Shown here in pieces: positions 19,329-30,063 of a stretch of 64,000 bases of DNA (positions within the stretch are counted from its first letter, which is position 1; every line of letters starts with the position of its first letter). Below the pieces are notes generated by a model. The model was not told where the DNA came from, made no database searches, and was given only the letters and a program-made list of their open reading frames with translations. Both the position numbers and the translations under genes were made by a program. Origin of the DNA: an uncultured Erysipelotrichaceae bacterium. Its GTDB lineage: Bacteria > Bacillota_I > Bacilli_A > RFN20 > CAG-826. The stretch is taken from contig CACXKR010000012.1 in NCBI GenBank assembly GCA_902768335.1, positions 4,870 to 68,869 of the forward strand, in the 5' to 3' direction.

Positions 19329-20042
19329 ATGTATAAAAGAATCTTAGTTAAGCTCTCTGGAGAAGCTCTCTCTGGAGATTCGACCAAAGGTATTTTAGAT
19401 AGTGAGGCTCTTTTAAATACTTGCCGCTCTTTAAAAGCAATCGCTGATGAGGGCGTACAAGTTACAGTCGTCGTTGGTGCCGGAAATATTTGTCGTGGTG
19501 GAGCTGCTGAAAAGATGGGCTTCGACCGTATTACTGGCGATTATATGGGAATGTTAGGTACCGTCATTAATTCTTTTGCATTAAGAGAAACGCTTAAAAA
19601 ATTAGGCACAAATGCGGTGGTCTTATCTGCGATTAAGATGGAAGAATTCACCGAAACATATTCTAAAGAACTCGCTGATGAATATTTAAATAAAGGTTAT
19701 GTTGTCATCTTTGGCGGTGGAACTGGTAAGCCACTTTTCACTACTGATACATGTGCAACTTTAAGAGCAATTGAAACTAATTGTGAAGCTATTCTCATCG
19801 GTAAAAACGGTGTTGATGGCATTTATGATGACGACCCACGCTATAATAAAAACGCCAAACTTTATAAAGAAGTTAACTGTTCCACAATCATCGAAAAGAA
19901 CTTAAAAGTCATGGACCTCACAGCGGTCGAAATGCTCAAGGATAAAGATATCGATGTTTGTGTATTTAACGCGCAAAACACGGATAATTTTGCTAAAGTT
20001 GCTCGTGGTGAACGCTTAGGAACTATCGTTAAGAAAGGATAA
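19329..20042 (+). CDS. pyrH: UMP kinase
   Basis: ILVKLSGEAL N-terminus, GAGNICRG, GGGTGKPLFTTD motifs. Confidence 0.92.
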   Translation: MYKRILVKLSGEALSGDSTKGILDSEALLNTCRSLKAIADEGVQVTVVVGAGNICRGGAAEKMGFDRITGDYMGMLGTVINSFALRETLKKLGTNAVVLSAIKMEEFTETYSKELADEYLNKGYVVIFGGGTGKPLFTTDTCATLRAIETNCEAILIGKNGVDGIYDDDPRYNKNAKLYKEVNCSTIIEKNLKVMDLTAVEMLKDKDIDVCVFNAQNTDNFAKVARGERLGTIVKKG

Positions 20043-20047
20043 AAATT

Positions 20048-20593
20048 ATGGATGAAATTGTCTTAGAAGCTAAAGAAAGATTAGCGAAATGTGTCACCTC
20101 ACTTGCTAATGAATTAACAACATTAAGAACTGGAAGAGCTTCTCCAGCAATGCTTGATCGAGTTGAGTGTGAATATTATGGAGATAAGATTGCAATTAAT
20201 CAAATCTCATCAATCTCTTCACCTGAACCAAGACAGCTTTTAATTAAGCCATATGATAAGGGTGACGTTAAAGCTATTGTTGCTGCTATCGCTGCCGCAA
20301 ATCTTGGAGTAAATCCTGTTAACGAAGGCGATTCGATTCGCATCACTGTCGCTCCACTAACCGAAGACACAAGACGTGAAATGGTTAAGAAAGCAAAAGC
20401 GATGTCTGAAGAAGCTAAAGTGGCTGCTAGAAATGTTCGTCGTGAATATGTCGACTTTGTCAAAGATGCCGATGATATGACCGATGATTACAAAGAACGT
20501 GTCCAAGATGATCTACAAAAAGTTGTTGATGAAACAATGAAACAAATTGAAGATACGTTCGCTATTAAAGAAAAAGAAATCATGACAGTATAG
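20048..20593 (+). CDS. frr: Ribosome recycling factor
   Basis: 181 aa with LRTGRASPAMLD motif. Confidence 0.92.
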   Translation: MDEIVLEAKERLAKCVTSLANELTTLRTGRASPAMLDRVECEYYGDKIAINQISSISSPEPRQLLIKPYDKGDVKAIVAAIAAANLGVNPVNEGDSIRITVAPLTEDTRREMVKKAKAMSEEAKVAARNVRREYVDFVKDADDMTDDYKERVQDDLQKVVDETMKQIEDTFAIKEKEIMTV

Positions 20594-20618
20594 AGAGGTT
20601 AATTCCTCTCTTTTCTTT
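20592..20618 (+). terminator. frr terminator
   Basis: AGAGAGGttaattCCTCTCT followed by a T-rich run. Confidence 0.75.
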
Positions 20619-20686
20619 TAGAAGATTAGCGAATATTTTATCTATACGCTTGTTTTAAGTGCGCCTACGCTTGTATAATATAGCGC

Positions 20687-21421
20687 ATGAGTGAAAAAGT
20701 AATTTTAAATAAACCTATTAAGCATATTGCTTTCATCATGGACGGCAATGGTAGATGGGCTAAAGAGAGAGGACTTCCTCGTCATCTTGGTCATAAAGAA
20801 GCCTGCAACCGTATCATTGAAATTTTTGATTATTGTATTGAATTTGATATCCATATTGTTTCTTTCTATGCTTTCTCCACTGAAAACTGGAAGAGACCGA
20901 AAGCTGAAATCAACCATCTTTTCAATTATTTAGAGATTTTCTTTAAGAAAGAGATTAATAAATTAATTAAAGATGGAACACGAGTGATGATCTCTGGAGA
21001 TGTTTCTAGACTTCCTAAGAAAACTCAAAAGACAATCGCTAATGCAATTGAATTAACCAAAGATTGCAAAAATAATGTTTTTAACATTTGTCTAAATTAT
21101 GGTGGAAAAGAAGAACTTACAAGAGCCGCTAAATTAATTGCTAAAGAAGTTCAAGAAGGTAAATTAAAAATTGATGATATAACTGAGCAAACAATGGAAG
21201 ATCATCTTTATACAGCAGGTCTACCAAATGTTGATTTACTTGTAAGAACTTCTGGTGAAGTCAGAATTTCAAATTTCCTTCCATGGCAACTTTGCTATGC
21301 TGAAATGATTTTCACTCCAGTCAAATGGCCAGATTTCAAATATGAGCCATTCTTAGACTGTATGAAGGAATTTAATAAACGAAACCGCCGCTATGGAGGA
21401 CTCGATAATGAAAAAAATTAA
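20687..21421 (+). CDS. uppS: Undecaprenyl (isoprenyl) diphosphate synthase
   Basis: HIAFIMDGNGRWA, FSTENWKRP and RTSGEVRISNFLPWQ motifs. TATAAT at 20674-20679 is 7 nt before the ATG and there is no SD. Confidence 0.92.
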   Translation: MSEKVILNKPIKHIAFIMDGNGRWAKERGLPRHLGHKEACNRIIEIFDYCIEFDIHIVSFYAFSTENWKRPKAEINHLFNYLEIFFKKEINKLIKDGTRVMISGDVSRLPKKTQKTIANAIELTKDCKNNVFNICLNYGGKEELTRAAKLIAKEVQEGKLKIDDITEQTMEDHLYTAGLPNVDLLVRTSGEVRISNFLPWQLCYAEMIFTPVKWPDFKYEPFLDCMKEFNKRNRRYGGLDNEKN

Positions 21422-22430
21422 ACATAACGAAATTAGTAACGAAACAAAGTCGTCTTTAAAGAAAAGAGTTATCACTGCTTTGGTGATGGCTGCTATTGCT
21501 TTTCCTTGCATCATCTTTGGAAACTGGGTTTACTTCATTTTTATTATTGCTGTCACCCTATTAGCATCTTATGAACTTGTTCATGTTACTAAAATTCAAG
21601 GTAAATTAAGAATTGCTATCTATGTCATTACCATCACTTTAACTTTGTTACTTGTTAACTATATTTTATTTAGAAATAACTGGAGTTTAGTTAAAGAAAA
21701 TACCCCCATCGATGCTTGGGAATTTGTTGCAAATGGTTTCGATAACATCGAATTATCATCGATGCTTATTATTTTAGCCGCGATGATTTTCTTTGTTATT
21801 TCATTTGTTAATGAAAAAATGACTATCTATTACGTCTTCTATTTCACGACGATGATTATTGTTTTATCCCTTGGCATTCAATCGTTCTTATATTTAAGAT
21901 ATTCGCCATTCTCTGCTTGGAAACTAGCAGATCCATCTTATTTCAATCTACCATCATTCCCATATTTTGAGTCACTACTTCTTATTTTATATTTAATGAT
22001 TGGCGTCATGATGAACGATATTGGTGCTTATTTTGTTGGAATTTTGTTTGGAAAGCACAAAATGAATCCAAGAATCTCTCCTAAAAAGACTTGGGAAGGC
22101 TTCGTTGGTGGAATTGTTATTTCCACTTTATTCTCAACATTGTTTGCTTTAATAATGGCTCTAGTCCATCGTCCAATTCTTCCAAGATTTGATTTAAGTC
22201 AATTCTACTGGGTTGTCCTGGTTTCCATCGTCATGCCTTTAGCGGGTGACATCGGAGACTTCGTTTTCTCCGCTATTAAACGAAACGAAGGAATCAAGGA
22301 TTTCTCTAATTTACTTCCAGGACACGGCGGAATTTTAGACCGTATCGATTCAATGCTATTCGCATCTGGATCTATCGCTGCGATGATTGCATTCATCGAT
22401 TTCATCTCTCCAATTATTGAAAATATTTAG
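21408..22430 (+). CDS. cdsA: Phosphatidate cytidylyltransferase
   Basis: Polytopic membrane protein with the CdsA C-terminal signature (KRNEGIKDFSNLLPGHGGILDRIDS). SD ggagga precedes ATG 21408. Confidence 0.85.
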   Translation: MKKIKHNEISNETKSSLKKRVITALVMAAIAFPCIIFGNWVYFIFIIAVTLLASYELVHVTKIQGKLRIAIYVITITLTLLLVNYILFRNNWSLVKENTPIDAWEFVANGFDNIELSSMLIILAAMIFFVISFVNEKMTIYYVFYFTTMIIVLSLGIQSFLYLRYSPFSAWKLADPSYFNLPSFPYFESLLLILYLMIGVMMNDIGAYFVGILFGKHKMNPRISPKKTWEGFVGGIVISTLFSTLFALIMALVHRPILPRFDLSQFYWVVLVSIVMPLAGDIGDFVFSAIKRNEGIKDFSNLLPGHGGILDRIDSMLFASGSIAAMIAFIDFISPIIENI

Positions 22431-22438
22431 AGGTTAAA

Positions 22439-23575
22439 ATGAAGAAGGTTTTACTTTTAGGAGCATCTGGATCGATTGGCACTCAAAGCCTCGATGTTAT
22501 AAAAAATAACAATGAGGAATTCGTGCTAACTGCTTTTTCAGTTGGTCATAGAAGTGAATTTATTGAAGAAGTTTTAAAAGATAATAAATCTGTTAAATAT
22601 ATTTATTTAATTGATACAAAAGAAGCTAAAAGATTTGCTAAAAGATACAAAGACATTAAATTCTACAGTGGCAAAAACGGCCTCGCTAAATTAACTAAGG
22701 TCGCCGATTATGATATGTGCGTTGATGCCTTAGTAGGTTTTGCCGGACTCGAGCCTGCTGTTATAGCTTTAAAAAGAAATAAAATTCTTTGTTTAGCAAA
22801 TAAAGAAGCGCTTGTTACAGGCGGAACTCTTTTATCAAGATATCTTGCAACTGGACATGGAAAACTATATCCAATCGATAGCGAACATGTTGCTTTAGCA
22901 AAATGTCTTTCCAAAGTTAACAAAGAAGATGTTAAAAAACTTATTATTACCGCTTCCGGTGGAGCGTTAAGAAATGTTCCAATCGAAGATTTAGCAAAAA
23001 TGAACAAGGATGATGCTTTGAAGCATCCAACTTGGAAGATGGGTAATAAAATCACTATCGATTGTGCAACGATGATGAACAAGGGTTTTGAAATCATCGA
23101 AGCCTGGTATTTATATAATTATCCGCTAGATCAAATTGAAGTTAAGATGCACGATGAATCGCTTGTTCATTCTGCGGTGGAGCTAAATGACGGCACTCTT
23201 ATCGTGGATTATGGAAAGCCAGATATGCACACTCCAATCGAATGGGCTATGAAAGAAGGCAAAGTTAAATTTGATGTTCTTACTTTGAAATCTTTTGACG
23301 AACTTAAAGATTGTCATTTCCATAACTATGATCCTAAACGATATCCATGTACCGAATTAGCCAAGAAATGTCTTATTAGTGGCGCATCAAAAATGATTGC
23401 TTTAAATGCTGCCAACGAAGTTGCAGTCAATCGTTTCTTGAAAGATGAAATTAAATTTACTGATATTGCAAAAATTGTTGAGCGTGTCGTAAATGAAACA
23501 CCAATTGTTTATAAACCTTCATTAAGAAAAATTAAAAAGATTGATAAAAAATCTAGAAAGGCGGCTTTAGCATGA
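22439..23575 (+). CDS. dxr: 1-deoxy-D-xylulose 5-phosphate reductoisomerase
   Basis: LLGASGSIGTQSLDV NADPH-binding N-terminus, LANKEAL and DSEH motifs. Confidence 0.9.
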   Translation: MKKVLLLGASGSIGTQSLDVIKNNNEEFVLTAFSVGHRSEFIEEVLKDNKSVKYIYLIDTKEAKRFAKRYKDIKFYSGKNGLAKLTKVADYDMCVDALVGFAGLEPAVIALKRNKILCLANKEALVTGGTLLSRYLATGHGKLYPIDSEHVALAKCLSKVNKEDVKKLIITASGGALRNVPIEDLAKMNKDDALKHPTWKMGNKITIDCATMMNKGFEIIEAWYLYNYPLDQIEVKMHDESLVHSAVELNDGTLIVDYGKPDMHTPIEWAMKEGKVKFDVLTLKSFDELKDCHFHNYDPKRYPCTELAKKCLISGASKMIALNAANEVAVNRFLKDEIKFTDIAKIVERVVNETPIVYKPSLRKIKKIDKKSRKAALA

Positions 23576-24903
23576 GTTGGTGGGAATGGCTTATTTCAAT
23601 CATTCTATTTTTGGTTTCGTTAACCGTTTTAATTTCCCTTCATGAGCTCGGTCACCTTTCAATGGCTAAATTATTTAATGTGTACTGCCAAGAATATTCA
23701 ATCGGGTTTGGTCCAACTTTATTAAAAAAGAAACGCAAAAATGGCGAAACATATTTTTCAATTAGAGCAATTCCCTTTGGCGGATATGTTGCAATGTATG
23801 GTGAAGACACTCAACTTGAAGAAGGAATCGAAGTTCCACCTGAACGCTCAATCGAAGGCATTAAGAAATGGAAGAAGATTATTGTTGTCAGTGCAGGCGT
23901 TGTTACCAATGCTGTTTTAGCGTTAACTCTTATCTTTATTTCCAATGTTGCTTTCCCAATTATTAGAACGACTAGCTTTACTAAGGTAAGTGAAACAAGC
24001 ATCGCCTATCAATCTGGGGTTCGCGATAATGATAAATTACAAATTTATTACCCAAAATCACAAGAAGTTATTGATGATGGTGAAACAAAAGTTAGACCAT
24101 TTGCCACTCCAAAAGGCGTAGGTTTCTTTGTTGTTGATCCAAATGTTGTATTTAATGAGCATCACTACGTTTTAACTTATTATCCAGTTACAACAAAACA
24201 CGATAATGTTCTTTCTGAATGTCTAACTTTATATGTCGCCGCCGATAAAGAAAAAGTCGCTAGTGACCAAGAATTATCGAATCTATTCTTAGATTGGACC
24301 AAGGAAGAAAATGCTCCAGATTATTATCCAAATTTTAATGAGAAATTTATTTATAAAACTGAAGATATCCCTGTAAATCTCCGCTTTAAATACCAAGTAA
24401 GCGAAAATGAAACTGCGATAAAAAGTATTGATTTAACTCTTTCGACCAAAGATGGAAAAGTTCAAGATTTTGGTGTTTCATTAAAGATTGAAAATATTTG
24501 GCTTCCATTCTCGCAAAGACTTTCGAATACATTTGTTGATTTTGGTGAAGCCTCAATCGTTGTCTTTAGAGGAATAGGTTCCCTCTTTACTGGTGGAATT
24601 AAAAATATGAGTGGCATCGTTGGTATCTTTAATTTAAGTGCTCAACTTTATGGCAACTATGCATTTGCCACTTATTTATATTTCTGGGGATTGATATCTA
24701 TCAACTTAGCGATATTTAATTTGCTACCTTTCCCAGGTCTTGATGGTTGGCAAATTTTAGTTACTTCCGTAGAAGGTATTTCAAAGAAAAAGATTCCAAA
24801 CAAAGTTAAAACCATCGTTTCTTTTGTTGGTTTAGCTTTGCTATTTGCCCTAATGATTGCGATTGTCGTAATGGACGTGCTTAGAATTGCAGGAGTGATG
24901 TAA
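23572..24903 (+). CDS. rseP: M50 site-2 zinc metalloprotease (RseP/RasP family)
   Basis: HELGH zinc motif in the first TM region and the LLPFPGLDG motif near the C-terminus. Confidence 0.85.
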   Translation: MSWWEWLISIILFLVSLTVLISLHELGHLSMAKLFNVYCQEYSIGFGPTLLKKKRKNGETYFSIRAIPFGGYVAMYGEDTQLEEGIEVPPERSIEGIKKWKKIIVVSAGVVTNAVLALTLIFISNVAFPIIRTTSFTKVSETSIAYQSGVRDNDKLQIYYPKSQEVIDDGETKVRPFATPKGVGFFVVDPNVVFNEHHYVLTYYPVTTKHDNVLSECLTLYVAADKEKVASDQELSNLFLDWTKEENAPDYYPNFNEKFIYKTEDIPVNLRFKYQVSENETAIKSIDLTLSTKDGKVQDFGVSLKIENIWLPFSQRLSNTFVDFGEASIVVFRGIGSLFTGGIKNMSGIVGIFNLSAQLYGNYAFATYLYFWGLISINLAIFNLLPFPGLDGWQILVTSVEGISKKKIPNKVKTIVSFVGLALLFALMIAIVVMDVLRIAGVM

Positions 24904-27900
24904 TGAATAATAAAATGGTTCGTTTTTTATCCTCGTTAGAGATCAAAGATATTGACCGTTTTGATTTGGATTTTGATTTGGTGTCACGTAATCAATTCAT
25001 CCATGAACAAATCGATATGTTTATCGTAAAAGACACTCCTTGGGACTATGCTCTTTTAGAAGAATTTCAAAATGGCTTAGCAATCATTGGCTATCCATAT
25101 ACCATTCAATTTTCCTATAAGATAAAGCCTACTGTTTATGATGCGATTCGTTTATTTGACGATTGGCATCGAAGTCATAATCGTTACCAAGCCGAAATTC
25201 ATCTAGATGGTAAAGGCGATATCATCACTTTTGTTTATAAATCCGAAAAGCAAAAAGAAGAATATGAACAAGTAGTAAAAGATTATAAAGAATTCTTGGA
25301 ATTCCTTTGCTATAACTTTGATTTTGATGAAGAAATTCACGAAGTGAGTGATAACGCTCCAACAGTTTCTCAAAAGAAATTGGAGAAGATTGAAGCTAAA
25401 GCAATAAAGGTTCTTGAAGAGGAAGAAAATGAAGAAGAAAGCGAAACTTCCTACTACAAGGACAGAGAGGAAGTCGAAGAAGAACAAGAAGAACTTCGTC
25501 AGGCTGAAGAAGAATATATTCAAAATCTCAAAGATAATCTTGAGCAAATGAAGAAAGATCAAAAGAAGGGCAAATCCACCTATAAAAACTGGCGAGATAA
25601 AATCCCATATGCAATTGTTAAAGATTTATCTTTACTTGATGAGAATAGCGGCAATGTTGATATAAGTGGAGAATTATTTGGAATCGATAAAACTAGAACG
25701 TTAAGAAACGGAAAAACGTTCCTCACTTTTGGTATTGGTAATTCCACTGGCGCAATCAATGTTAAAGCTATGGAAGGTGATTACATCAGTGCCGAACAAC
25801 TTGAATCATTTAAAAATGGTATGTTCGCTAGAATTGCTGGCTATGTTGGTTTGGACAAATATAGTGGAAAACCTGTTTTAGATGCTAGGGCAATCGATTT
25901 GTTACCACCTCCAGAACTTAGAAAAGACGAAGAAGAACAAAAACGTGTTGAACTTCATCTTCATACCAAGATGTCGGTCATGGATGGCGTTACCGATATT
26001 AAAAAATATTGTGAACTCGCTAAAAATATGGGTCACACAGCAATCGCTATTACTGACCACGGCGTCACTCAAGGCTTCCCTGACGCAAGCGACGCTGCTA
26101 AAGCTACTGGCATCAAAATGATTTACGGTAGTGAACTTTACATGGTTAATGATGAACTACCATTTGCCTTAAACCCAACTGATGAATTGCTTAGAAGTGC
26201 AAGTTATGTTGTATTCGACTTAGAAACAACTGGTCTATCGACTCGCTATGATCGTATCACCGAATTTGGTGGTGTTCGTTTTGAACATGGTCAAGTAGTG
26301 GAGACCCTCGATATTTTAATTAATCCAGAATGCGAAATCCCCGCAAAAATCGTGGAAAAAACCAAAATCACTAACGAAATGGTAAAAAATAAACCAACCA
26401 TTGCACAGGCGATTGACCGCATTCTTGAATTTATGAAAGGCTCGATTTTGGTCTCTCATAACATCACCTTCGATTATGGCTTTATTAATGAGAATTTAAA
26501 GAATTTAGGAAGAGAAAAGCTAACTTTACCTGCTATTGATACGCTTTCTTTGTCTCACTATTTATTCCCAGAGGCTAGCAAACACACCTTGGGAGCGTTG
26601 TCTCGTAATTTAGGAATAACTTCATATAACGAAGAAGAAGCTCACCGCGCTGATTTCGATGCTCGTATACTAAATGAAGTTTGGCTAGCAATGCTTAATA
26701 GATTAACCAAAGAAAACTATGACATGAAGCATAGCGATTTAGCGAAGATTAAATCCACTAACGCGATGCTTAAACATATGAGACCTTCTCACATTACTTG
26801 TTTAGCAATGAATAAAGACGGTTTCCATGATTTAAATCAACTCATTTCTGAATCACATATTGATTTCTTGGCCGATGTTCCAAAAACACCAAAAAGAGAA
26901 ATTGCTAGATTAAGAAAGAATCTTCTTTTAGGCTCCGCTTGTTTAAACGGTGAAGTTTTTGATATTGAAAGAACTAGATCGAAAGAAGATCTTTTAGAAG
27001 CAATGAAATTTTATGACTTCATTGAAGTTCAACCGCCTGCTAATTACTCGGTTTTGATTAATCGTGGACAATGTTATAACGAAGAAGAAATTAAAAAATA
27101 TATCAAAGATATAGTTTTATGCGCTGAAGAACTTGGCATCACCTGTGTCGCTACTGGTGATGTTCATTATGCTAATCCTGAAGATAAAGTTATCCGCGAT
27201 ATTTATATTGAAGCTCCTGCGGTTGGAGGAAGACCTCATCCATTAAATATTAGAAATAAGGACTGCGAATCCCCTGACCAGCATTATCGTTCAACTAAAG
27301 AGATGCTCGATGCCTTTGAATTTTTAGGAAAAGAAAAAGCTTTTGAAATTGTTGTTACTAACACCAATAAGATTGCAGATATGTTCCCCAATATTTCTCC
27401 AATCCAAAAGACTTTGCATCCTCCAGTAATTGAAGGTTCACCAGAAATCTTAACTAATACTTGTTACGAAAACGCTAAAAAGCTTTATGGCGATCCTCTT
27501 CCAGAAGAAATTCAGACTCGTCTACAAAAAGAATTAGATGGTATTATCAAAAACGGCTATTCCGTTACCTATTATATTGCAAATCAAATTGTTTCTAGAG
27601 CAAACAAAGATGGATTCATGGTTGGTTCCCGTGGTTCGGTTGGTTCTTCCTTCGCTGCCCATATGTTTGGCATCACCGAAGTTAATCCTTTAAGGCCACA
27701 TTATCGTTGTCCAAAATGTAAACATCTTGAATTTGCCGACTCAAACCAATATCTTTCTGGCTATGATCTTCCAGACAAAATATGCCCGGTTTGCGGAGAA
27801 AAAATGGTTGGAGATGGTCAAAATATTCCTTTTGAAACCTTCCTTGGCTTCAACGCTGAAAAGATTCCTGATATCGACTTGAACTTCCCTTCAGATTATC

Positions 27901-29333
27901 AAGCACGAGCCTTTAATTTAACGAAAGAAATCTTTGGTCCGAACAATGTTTTTAGAGCGGGTACGATTGAAACTGTTGCCGAAAAAACTGCCTTTGGCTA
28001 TGTCCGTCGTTATTTTGAACACAAAGGTTTAAATCCTGATGAAGTCAATCCTGCTTTAATTGCTTATTATGCTGCTCACGCTGTCGATGTTAAAAGAACA
28101 ACAGGCCAGCATCCTGGAGGTATCATGGTTCTTCCTAAAGGATTATCGATTTATGATTTCACTCCGATTCAATATCCTGCCGATGATAAAGAATCAACTT
28201 GGCTAACAACTCACTTAGCCTATACTGCGCTCCACGATGCACTTTTAAAACTTGACCTTTTAGGTCACGTTGACCCATTAGCTTTAAAAATGATGTCAGA
28301 AATGACTGGCATTGATGTAAAGAAAATTCCTTTAAATGATCAAAGAGTTATTTCCTTATTTACTTCCGATAAGGCTCTAAAAAGAAACGGAAACTATTTA
28401 GGAGAAAGAACTGGCGCAATTGGTTTACCAGAATTCGGTACTCAAACAGGTATGGATATTCTTCGTGATGCTAATCCAAAATCATTCGCTGATTTAGTAG
28501 CGATCGCTGGTCTAGCTCATGGTACTGACGTCTGGGCTAATAACGCTAGGGATTTAATCGTCAAACAAGGAATGACTTTGCGTGACGTTATCGGTTGCCG
28601 TGATGACATCATGACTTATTTAATAAATAAAGATATTCCATCAAACATTGCTTTCGCTGTTATGGAAGATGTTCGTAAAGGTCGTAAAGTTAAACCGGAA
28701 TATGAAGCTGTTTTAAGAGCGAAAAACGTTCCTGATTGGTATATTGATTCTTGCAACAAGATTAAATACATGTTCCCAAAAGCCCACGCTGTTGCTTATG
28801 TTACAATGGCGGTTCGTGTCGGTTATTTTAAACTTTATCACCCACTTGAATTCTATGCTGTTTGGTTCACGGCTAGATGTAAAGCTTATGATATTAAAGC
28901 TATGCTTGCAGGAAAAGATGGCATTATTGCAAGATATAATGAACTAAAAGTTAAGAAAACCAACAAACTTGAAAAACTATCTCCTAAGGAGACAGAAATA
29001 ATGAAGATGTTAACTATTGCTATTGAAATGGCTGAACGTGGCTATGAATTTGGCAATATTGACTTATATAAATCCGATGCTTTAAGATTTATCGTTGATA
29101 AAGAGACCAATAAGATAATTCCACCATTCATCGTAATCGATGGACTTGGTGACAACGCCGCTTTAAGTGTTGTTGAAGCTCGTAAAGAAGGCCCATTCTC
29201 ATCCAAAGAAGACCTCCTAAGACGTACCAAACTTAATGGTACAAATGTTGATGACTTATCTGAATTAGGTGTTTTGGATGGCCTAGGCGAATCCGATCAA
29301 ATGTCTCTTTTTGAATTCGGATTAGATGATTAA
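24903..29333 (+). CDS. polC: DNA polymerase III PolC-type
   Basis: 1476 aa. PHP domain (HLHTKMSVMDG), DEDDh 3'-5' exonuclease (VVFDLETTGL ... HRADFDA), zinc finger CPKCK..CPVCG, and polymerase core. Confidence 0.95.
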   Translation: MNNKMVRFLSSLEIKDIDRFDLDFDLVSRNQFIHEQIDMFIVKDTPWDYALLEEFQNGLAIIGYPYTIQFSYKIKPTVYDAIRLFDDWHRSHNRYQAEIHLDGKGDIITFVYKSEKQKEEYEQVVKDYKEFLEFLCYNFDFDEEIHEVSDNAPTVSQKKLEKIEAKAIKVLEEEENEEESETSYYKDREEVEEEQEELRQAEEEYIQNLKDNLEQMKKDQKKGKSTYKNWRDKIPYAIVKDLSLLDENSGNVDISGELFGIDKTRTLRNGKTFLTFGIGNSTGAINVKAMEGDYISAEQLESFKNGMFARIAGYVGLDKYSGKPVLDARAIDLLPPPELRKDEEEQKRVELHLHTKMSVMDGVTDIKKYCELAKNMGHTAIAITDHGVTQGFPDASDAAKATGIKMIYGSELYMVNDELPFALNPTDELLRSASYVVFDLETTGLSTRYDRITEFGGVRFEHGQVVETLDILINPECEIPAKIVEKTKITNEMVKNKPTIAQAIDRILEFMKGSILVSHNITFDYGFINENLKNLGREKLTLPAIDTLSLSHYLFPEASKHTLGALSRNLGITSYNEEEAHRADFDARILNEVWLAMLNRLTKENYDMKHSDLAKIKSTNAMLKHMRPSHITCLAMNKDGFHDLNQLISESHIDFLADVPKTPKREIARLRKNLLLGSACLNGEVFDIERTRSKEDLLEAMKFYDFIEVQPPANYSVLINRGQCYNEEEIKKYIKDIVLCAEELGITCVATGDVHYANPEDKVIRDIYIEAPAVGGRPHPLNIRNKDCESPDQHYRSTKEMLDAFEFLGKEKAFEIVVTNTNKIADMFPNISPIQKTLHPPVIEGSPEILTNTCYENAKKLYGDPLPEEIQTRLQKELDGIIKNGYSVTYYIANQIVSRANKDGFMVGSRGSVGSSFAAHMFGITEVNPLRPHYRCPKCKHLEFADSNQYLSGYDLPDKICPVCGEKMVGDGQNIPFETFLGFNAEKIPDIDLNFPSDYQARAFNLTKEIFGPNNVFRAGTIETVAEKTAFGYVRRYFEHKGLNPDEVNPALIAYYAAHAVDVKRTTGQHPGGIMVLPKGLSIYDFTPIQYPADDKESTWLTTHLAYTALHDALLKLDLLGHVDPLALKMMSEMTGIDVKKIPLNDQRVISLFTSDKALKRNGNYLGERTGAIGLPEFGTQTGMDILRDANPKSFADLVAIAGLAHGTDVWANNARDLIVKQGMTLRDVIGCRDDIMTYLINKDIPSNIAFAVMEDVRKGRKVKPEYEAVLRAKNVPDWYIDSCNKIKYMFPKAHAVAYVTMAVRVGYFKLYHPLEFYAVWFTARCKAYDIKAMLAGKDGIIARYNELKVKKTNKLEKLSPKETEIMKMLTIAIEMAERGYEFGNIDLYKSDALRFIVDKETNKIIPPFIVIDGLGDNAALSVVEARKEGPFSSKEDLLRRTKLNGTNVDDLSELGVLDGLGESDQMSLFEFGLDD

Positions 29334-29334
29334 T

Positions 29335-29410
29335 CGGGGCATAGCACAGTTGGTAGTGCGCTTGGTTCGGGACCAAGAGGTCGTGAGTTCGATTCTCACT
29401 GCTCCGACCA
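29335..29410 (+). tRNA. tRNA-Pro (anticodon CGG), CCA encoded
   Basis: Hand-folded cloverleaf: acceptor CGGGGCA/TGCTCCG, anticodon arm CTTGG-TTCGGGA-CCAAG, T arm GTGAG-TTCGATT-CTCAC. Confidence 0.9.
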
Positions 29411-29465
29411 TTAAAGGTTAATTCATTCTTAGGAATGTATTAATAATTGTAAGAAAGGAGTAAAA

Positions 29466-29972
29466 ATGAAGAAAGTATTACAATTCTCTGGAGTAATTTC
29501 TGCAGTACTAGGAATTATTGCATTAGTTTTAATGATGGTTACAAATGCTGTCGTCGTTAAAGTTGGCAATGCCCAAGTAGTAACCGAAGGTATCGTTGCA
29601 ATCTTTGGTAAAACTGAAAAAACACTTCTTGGTGATCTTATTACCAAGCCATCTCCATTAGCATTAATTGGTTGGATCTTAGCATTAGTTGGCGTTCTCG
29701 TCGTGTTATGCGGCGTCATCCTTCCACTTCTTAAAGTCAAAGGTATTAAGAGATTTGCCGGTCTTATGAACGTGGTTGCTGTCGTCTGCTTAGTACTTGC
29801 TGGTGTTTTCATGTTCTTGGTCGTTCCAACATTTGTTTCCGCAAATGGTGGTGAAGTCTCTGAATATCATCACATCGGTGCTGGCTGGGTCATTGCTGGA
29901 ATCTTATCAATTGCTGCAGGTGCATTTGCTATTTTACCTGCCGCTGCTGATTTTCTTGCAAAAAAGAAATAA
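29466..29972 (+). CDS. Small polytopic membrane protein, unknown function
   Basis: SD aaggag 7 nt upstream. Four or five hydrophobic segments. The antisense ORF 29429-29812 is rejected. Confidence 0.6.
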   Translation: MKKVLQFSGVISAVLGIIALVLMMVTNAVVVKVGNAQVVTEGIVAIFGKTEKTLLGDLITKPSPLALIGWILALVGVLVVLCGVILPLLKVKGIKRFAGLMNVVAVVCLVLAGVFMFLVVPTFVSANGGEVSEYHHIGAGWVIAGILSIAAGAFAILPAAADFLAKKK

Positions 29973-29992
29973 ATTTAGAAACAAGCATAATT

Positions 29993-30018
29993 AGGTGTGG
30001 GTTGACTCACACCTTTTT
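29993..30018 (+). terminator. Terminator after the membrane protein gene
   Basis: AGGTGTGggttgactCACACCT followed by TTTT. Confidence 0.75.
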
Positions 30019-30063
30019 ATGTTGTTAACAAAGTAAATTAATATATAATTTAGTAAATGAGCA

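Noticed and set aside
25203-25562. 119-aa minus-strand ORF rich in F/L/I opposite the polC N-terminal region.
   Set aside because: It is the antisense image of the Glu/Lys-rich acidic linker of PolC (GAA/AAG repeats read as TTC/CTT). This is not an independent gene.
29429-29812. 127-aa minus-strand ORF overlapping the 29466-29972 membrane protein gene.
   Set aside because: The + strand ORF has an aaggag SD, regular TM periodicity and a downstream terminator. The minus ORF has none of these and would run into tRNA-Pro.
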